Below are positions 60,085 through 64,000 of a stretch of DNA of 64,000 nt, one piece after another. Position 1 is the stretch's first letter, and the number at the start of each line of letters is the position of its first letter. The DNA lies in contig CAZAZX010000006.1 in NCBI GenBank assembly GCA_964489885.1, positions 3,617 to 67,616 on the forward strand, given 5' to 3'. The notes under the pieces were generated by a model. That model was given only the letters and a program-made list of their open reading frames with translations. It had not been told where the DNA came from and ran no database searches. A program made the translations under genes and the position numbers. The DNA is from an uncultured Lachnospiraceae bacterium (lineage in GTDB: Bacteria > Bacillota > Clostridia > TANB77 > CAG-508).

Positions 60085-62052
60085 TTATACATTTAATGCT
60101 GACTTTCTTACAATTTCTCTTAAATCCATTGCAAATTCCTTTAGCATTACAACTTTAATTCCAATTGGTTTTCCTTCAACATATTCTTCTATTATTTGTA
60201 CTAATTTGTTTAAATTTTCTCTTTCTTCTTTTATTAATTCCATATTTTTATTTGCTCTTTGTGCTAGCATTTCACGTATTGTAACTATATCTTCATTTGA
60301 TGCACATGAAATTCTTTGGAAGAAATCATTTGGATTATAGTATTTGAAAACTGGAACGTTCATACAAGTTCTTTCAAATTTTGCAAAGAAATTTTCCATT
60401 TGCATTGGTATACATTTGAAAACATCTTTTGCTAATTTTTCGTACATATCATCTTTCAATTTTTCGTTTATCTTATAAAAATGTTGTAAAACTTCATTTA
60501 TTTCTTCAGACGATTTTTCTATTCCAATTTGGTCTAACTCTTCTTCAAAATTGCTACAATATTTTGAATGTTTTGCAGATACATCCATTCCATTTATAAA
60601 TATTTCTTCTATTTCTTTAATTTCGTAAGGTATTAGCCCTCTTTTAATAAAATATGTAAAATATACAAAAAGCTTAACTATGTTAACAAGTTCTATTTTT
60701 CCTTTTTTTACGTTTTCTATAACTTGTTTAATTATTTCATTAAATTCATCATCTGATATTTTCCAATATTCCTCTGTTAGCAGTCTTTTATATCCAGGTA
60801 GTTTATTCGTATCTACAGTGTTTATAATAACTTCCATATCTCTTGTAAACACTTTGAAATCAAATATTCTAGTGCGTACATATATTTCTATAAATTTAAA
60901 GAAACGATATTCTGCTTTAAAATTATAGTAATAGTTATTATCAAATTCTTTTATATAGAATTGCCTATTGTCCATTAAAACTCTTGATGATACCAATATT
61001 GCCTTATATTCTTCGTTACTTTCAATGTTTACAAATTTGTTTTTTGTTATTTTTCCTGCTTTGATTTCAAAAGATACTGCTATTGTGAATATTAGCATTG
61101 TTTGCAATACTTTTGCATTAGTATTTGGATAGTTTTTATTTACCATTTCAAAGACCTTTTTAAAGTCATTTAAAGCGTGTTTTAAAATTCTAAGATTCCT
61201 TGTTCCACTCTTATTAAAAGTACTAATTATGAGTTGTGTGTTTTCTCTTAGGAAATGTATCAACTCAGTATTATTTTCAAACCTCATTAGCAGTCCATTT
61301 ATTATATATGTAAATTCTGGAACATACTCAAATGTTTCGCCTATTAACTTTTCTTTAATTCTTTCATAATCATTTGCCTTATCAAAAACATCTTCAATTG
61401 TATCCCTAATTTTTTCAACCATAGGCTTATCTGTTGTAACTAATTTTCCTTCTTTGTCTAGCATATATGTTGCTATAAAAGTTTTCATTTCTAAGTTTGA
61501 ACTTTTTAATTTTGTAGAAAGCTCTTTTTCATTACATATAATAATTGTTTTTATATGGTCATGTTCAACAAAATTATTAATATATCCCAAAATGTCTATA
61601 ACATCTACATTTGCTCTTTCTAAGTCGTCAAAACATAGTACTTTATCATCTGTAGAAAAGAACTTTTTGTAATCTACTCTATCTCCATTTTGGGTAACTC
61701 CAAAGAAGTTTGCCATATCTAAGCCTGTTTTTGCATATTCTGGTATTGTAGTTTGTCCATGTGAATTCATATAACGTTTTAAATTTTTGTCCATTAGTTG
61801 TGTTGTTTCAATAAACAATTTTTTACTTATTTCTTCTAAGTTTGAAATACCATAAAGTGACATATAAATGGTTGTATATCGTTTTCCATTTAGCTCCATA
61901 CTTTCAATTTTTCTACGTATTTTATTGTTCCATAGATATGTTTTTCCACTACCCCATTCTCCATTTATCATTATGGCATAATCAGTATAATCAGAGCGAA
62001 CATAGTCTAAAACACTTTCAACCAAATCTTCCACTTTGGTCCTCCTTCGCAA
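60085..62052 (-). CDS. KAP-family P-loop NTPase (soluble form, 655 aa)
   Basis: YAIMINGEWGSGKTYLW Walker A characteristic of PF07693, and a DDLER Walker B-like motif. Confidence 0.65.
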   Translation of the reverse strand: MRRRTKVEDLVESVLDYVRSDYTDYAIMINGEWGSGKTYLWNNKIRRKIESMELNGKRYTTIYMSLYGISNLEEISKKLFIETTQLMDKNLKRYMNSHGQTTIPEYAKTGLDMANFFGVTQNGDRVDYKKFFSTDDKVLCFDDLERANVDVIDILGYINNFVEHDHIKTIIICNEKELSTKLKSSNLEMKTFIATYMLDKEGKLVTTDKPMVEKIRDTIEDVFDKANDYERIKEKLIGETFEYVPEFTYIINGLLMRFENNTELIHFLRENTQLIISTFNKSGTRNLRILKHALNDFKKVFEMVNKNYPNTNAKVLQTMLIFTIAVSFEIKAGKITKNKFVNIESNEEYKAILVSSRVLMDNRQFYIKEFDNNYYYNFKAEYRFFKFIEIYVRTRIFDFKVFTRDMEVIINTVDTNKLPGYKRLLTEEYWKISDDEFNEIIKQVIENVKKGKIELVNIVKLFVYFTYFIKRGLIPYEIKEIEEIFINGMDVSAKHSKYCSNFEEELDQIGIEKSSEEINEVLQHFYKINEKLKDDMYEKLAKDVFKCIPMQMENFFAKFERTCMNVPVFKYYNPNDFFQRISCASNEDIVTIREMLAQRANKNMELIKEERENLNKLVQIIEEYVEGKPIGIKVVMLKEFAMDLREIVRKSALNV

Positions 62053-62070
62053 TTTTTCATTATTTTTTGC

Positions 62071-62700
62071 TCAATCTTTTGCAATACAAAGTACTCCAAT
62101 TTTTTTAGGTTGTGCATTTTTCAAAATTTTACAACATTCATTTACTGTATTTCCAGTTGTATATATATCATCTAATAAAATTATCTTTTTATTTTGTATT
62201 TTTTCTTTGTTTTTTAATATATACACATTTTTGGAATTTTCTTCTCTTTGCTTTCCATTTAAAGTACTTTGTGGTCTAGTATTTTTGTTTTTTTCAAGTA
62301 CATCTAATACAAGTTCTTTTTCTATTTTTTCGGACAAAACACTAGCAATTAGCTCAGTTTGGTTATATCCTCTTTTATTTTTTCTTTTTCTATGTATAGG
62401 TACGGGTATTATTATATCATAACTTTCTATAAAATTATAAATTTTTTTATTTTTTATCAAAAGTTCTGCAAAAGCTCTATATAAATAGCCTGCTTCATAG
62501 AATTTATATTCAATTAACCTTTTTCTAACAATCCCTTTATATTTGCAAAAATAAGCCAATTCATTAAAATTTTTAGTGTCAACAACTTCAATCTTGGTTT
62601 CATTTAGTTCTTGTAATTTCTTATTGCATTTTGGGCAAATATCGTTTTTGTAAATTTTGCCACAAATGCCACAAACTGTAGGAAAAAGTAAATTTAGCAT
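62071..62700 (-). CDS. comFC: ComF family protein (ComFC-like): N-terminal Zn ribbon plus a phosphoribosyltransferase domain
   Basis: CGICGK…CPKC and C-terminal ILLDDIYTTGNT PRTase motif. The gap to the downstream KAP NTPase gene is 18 nt. Confidence 0.7.
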   Translation of the reverse strand: MLNLLFPTVCGICGKIYKNDICPKCNKKLQELNETKIEVVDTKNFNELAYFCKYKGIVRKRLIEYKFYEAGYLYRAFAELLIKNKKIYNFIESYDIIIPVPIHRKRKNKRGYNQTELIASVLSEKIEKELVLDVLEKNKNTRPQSTLNGKQREENSKNVYILKNKEKIQNKKIILLDDIYTTGNTVNECCKILKNAQPKKIGVLCIAKD

Positions 62701-62767
62701 AATCCTCCAATCAAAGCCCCCAAATTTATATATTTAATTTATAACATATTTAAAAATATCAATTTTT

Positions 62768-62816
62768 GTAAAAAAATGGTTTCACTTTATTTTTGAAGTG
62801 AAACCATTTTTATTTT
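62768..62816. terminator. Bidirectional terminator after ndk (AAATGGTTTCACTT…AAGTGAAACCATTT flanked by A6 and T7)
   Basis: 14-bp stem flanked by an A-run and a T-run. Confidence 0.65.
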
Positions 62817-62843
62817 ACTGTAAAACAACAATGTTCTTATACT

Positions 62844-63248
62844 TTATTTAAAAAATCTTTTAATTTCAATTTCAGCATTTTCTGGTGAATCAGAACCATG
62901 TATTAAGTTTTCAGTTGTACTATTTGCATAATCTCCTCTAATTGTTCCAGCTGTAGCTTCTAGCCATTTTGTTGCACCTATGATATTTCTCATACCTTGA
63001 ACAACATCATCACCTTCAACAACCATTGCTAAAACTGGTCCAGAAGTCATATATTCAACTATTTCTGGGAAGAATGGCTTGTCTGCTAAATGAGCATAGT
63101 GTTCTTTAATTATTTCTTCATTTAAAGTCATCATTTTCATATTAGTAATTTTAAATGCTTTTTTTTCAATTCTTGCAATAATTTCTCCCATTAATCCTCT
63201 CTTAACCGCATCTGGTTTTAACATTATGTATGTTCTTTCCATTTCCAT
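62844..63248 (-). CDS. ndk: Nucleoside diphosphate kinase
   Basis: YIMLKPDAV…NLIHGSDS active-site His motif. Confidence 0.9.
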   Translation of the reverse strand: MEMERTYIMLKPDAVKRGLMGEIIARIEKKAFKITNMKMMTLNEEIIKEHYAHLADKPFFPEIVEYMTSGPVLAMVVEGDDVVQGMRNIIGATKWLEATAGTIRGDYANSTTENLIHGSDSPENAEIEIKRFFK

Positions 63249-63371
63249 ACATCCTCCTTTAATTAGTATTTTAATATATATAATTTTTAAAAGAGCTTGT
63301 CCTAAATATGTAATTAAATTTATGTTTTATATAAAACATAAATTTAAAGTTTAGTCAATTCTTTTAAATAA

Positions 63372-64000
63372 TTAACGTATTCCAGAAATTATTAGGAATA
63401 TAATAATTATACCTAGAATAAATCTATAAATTGCAAATGCTTTGAAACTGCCATTTTTCAAATATTTTAATAAATATTTTATAACAATCATTCCAACTAT
63501 AAAACTAGACAATACTCCAATTATAAAACTCAAGTCTAATGAAAAATCACTAAATTTGAATAAAACTGCAGCTAAAGTTATTGGTGTTGCCAATAAAAAT
63601 GAAAATTTTGCTGCTCCCTGCCTATCTACTTTTAATAATCTCGCTGTTGTCATTGTAATTCCAGAACGTGAAACTCCTGGAAATGCAGCAGCCAGTGCTT
63701 GGGATATTCCAATTAAAACTGCTTGTTTCAAATTAATTTTCTCATATTTTACCATAGATTTAGCATTTTTATCAACTACATATAATACAATTCCCATTAC
63801 TATTAAGGCAACAGCAATCCATAACATTTCTGTTGTTAAATTGTCTCCAATAATTTTTCCACTTATTTTGTCAAGTATTAGACTTAATATTCCTGCTGGA
63901 ATTGTGGCAACAACTATATACCAAAATAGCTTTCCTTGTACTGTGTGCTCTTTTTTTGTGACATATTTTATTCCTCCAGAAATTAGATTTATCCAATCTT
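63372..64000 (-). CDS. uppP: Undecaprenyl-diphosphatase UppP/BacA. The C-terminal ~209 aa are in the window; the N-terminus lies beyond position 64000.
   Basis: PGVSRSG motif, multi-TM; the open frame continues to the window edge. Confidence 0.8.
   Translation of the reverse strand, partial: DWINLISGGIKYVTKKEHTVQGKLFWYIVVATIPAGILSLILDKISGKIIGDNLTTEMLWIAVALIVMGIVLYVVDKNAKSMVKYEKINLKQAVLIGISQALAAAFPGVSRSGITMTTARLLKVDRQGAAKFSFLLATPITLAAVLFKFSDFSLDLSFIIGVLSSFIVGMIVIKYLLKYLKNGSFKAFAIYRFILGIIIIFLIISGIR

Noticed and set aside
62036-62422. A 128-aa plus-strand ORF overlapping the comFC/KAP junction
   Set aside because: Hydrophobic junk frame antisense to two well-supported genes.

Overview
AT-rich (~28% GC) low-GC Firmicutes / Clostridia-like chromosomal segment. 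Genes are densely packed, mostly on the minus strand.

Core content:
- ligA (partial), pgsA, rpmF, recD2, asnB.
- A complete V-type ATPase operon (subunits G/H, C, I, K, F, E, A, B, D).
- trmL and the rimP-nusA-ylxR-ylxQ-infB-rbfA-nrnA-truB operon.
- ychF, a 6-phosphofructokinase, telA, pgi, ndk, comFC, uppP (partial).

Accessory content:
- An RND permease with a large coiled-coil insertion.
- A GC-rich SleB-like hydrolase.
- A class II Fic protein.
- A GC-rich tandem ThyX-like protein with complementary half-motifs.
- An AbiEi/AbiEii abortive-infection pair, a HEPN/nucleotidyltransferase pair, and a KAP P-loop NTPase co-transcribed with comFC.
- Two paralogous AAA/DUF4143 ATPases.
- Three sortase modules. 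Two of them are sortase plus single-cohesin anchor plus dockerin-bearing cargo (a glucosaminidase-SH3-dockerin protein and a 1201-aa Ig-repeat protein with an N-terminal dockerin). A separate amidase also carries a dockerin.

Non-coding highlights:
- A GC-rich ~60-nt dispersed element in three copies, each between a stop codon and an intrinsic terminator.
- A 4+2 iteron-like 24-bp repeat array between the rimP promoter and a GC-rich small membrane-protein gene.
- Several long perfect palindromes.

Caveat: at least four genes, including essential infB and the V-ATPase A and F subunits, carry single-base frameshifts. The sequence therefore probably contains indel errors, or the genome is decaying, and ORF boundaries elsewhere should be read with that in mind.
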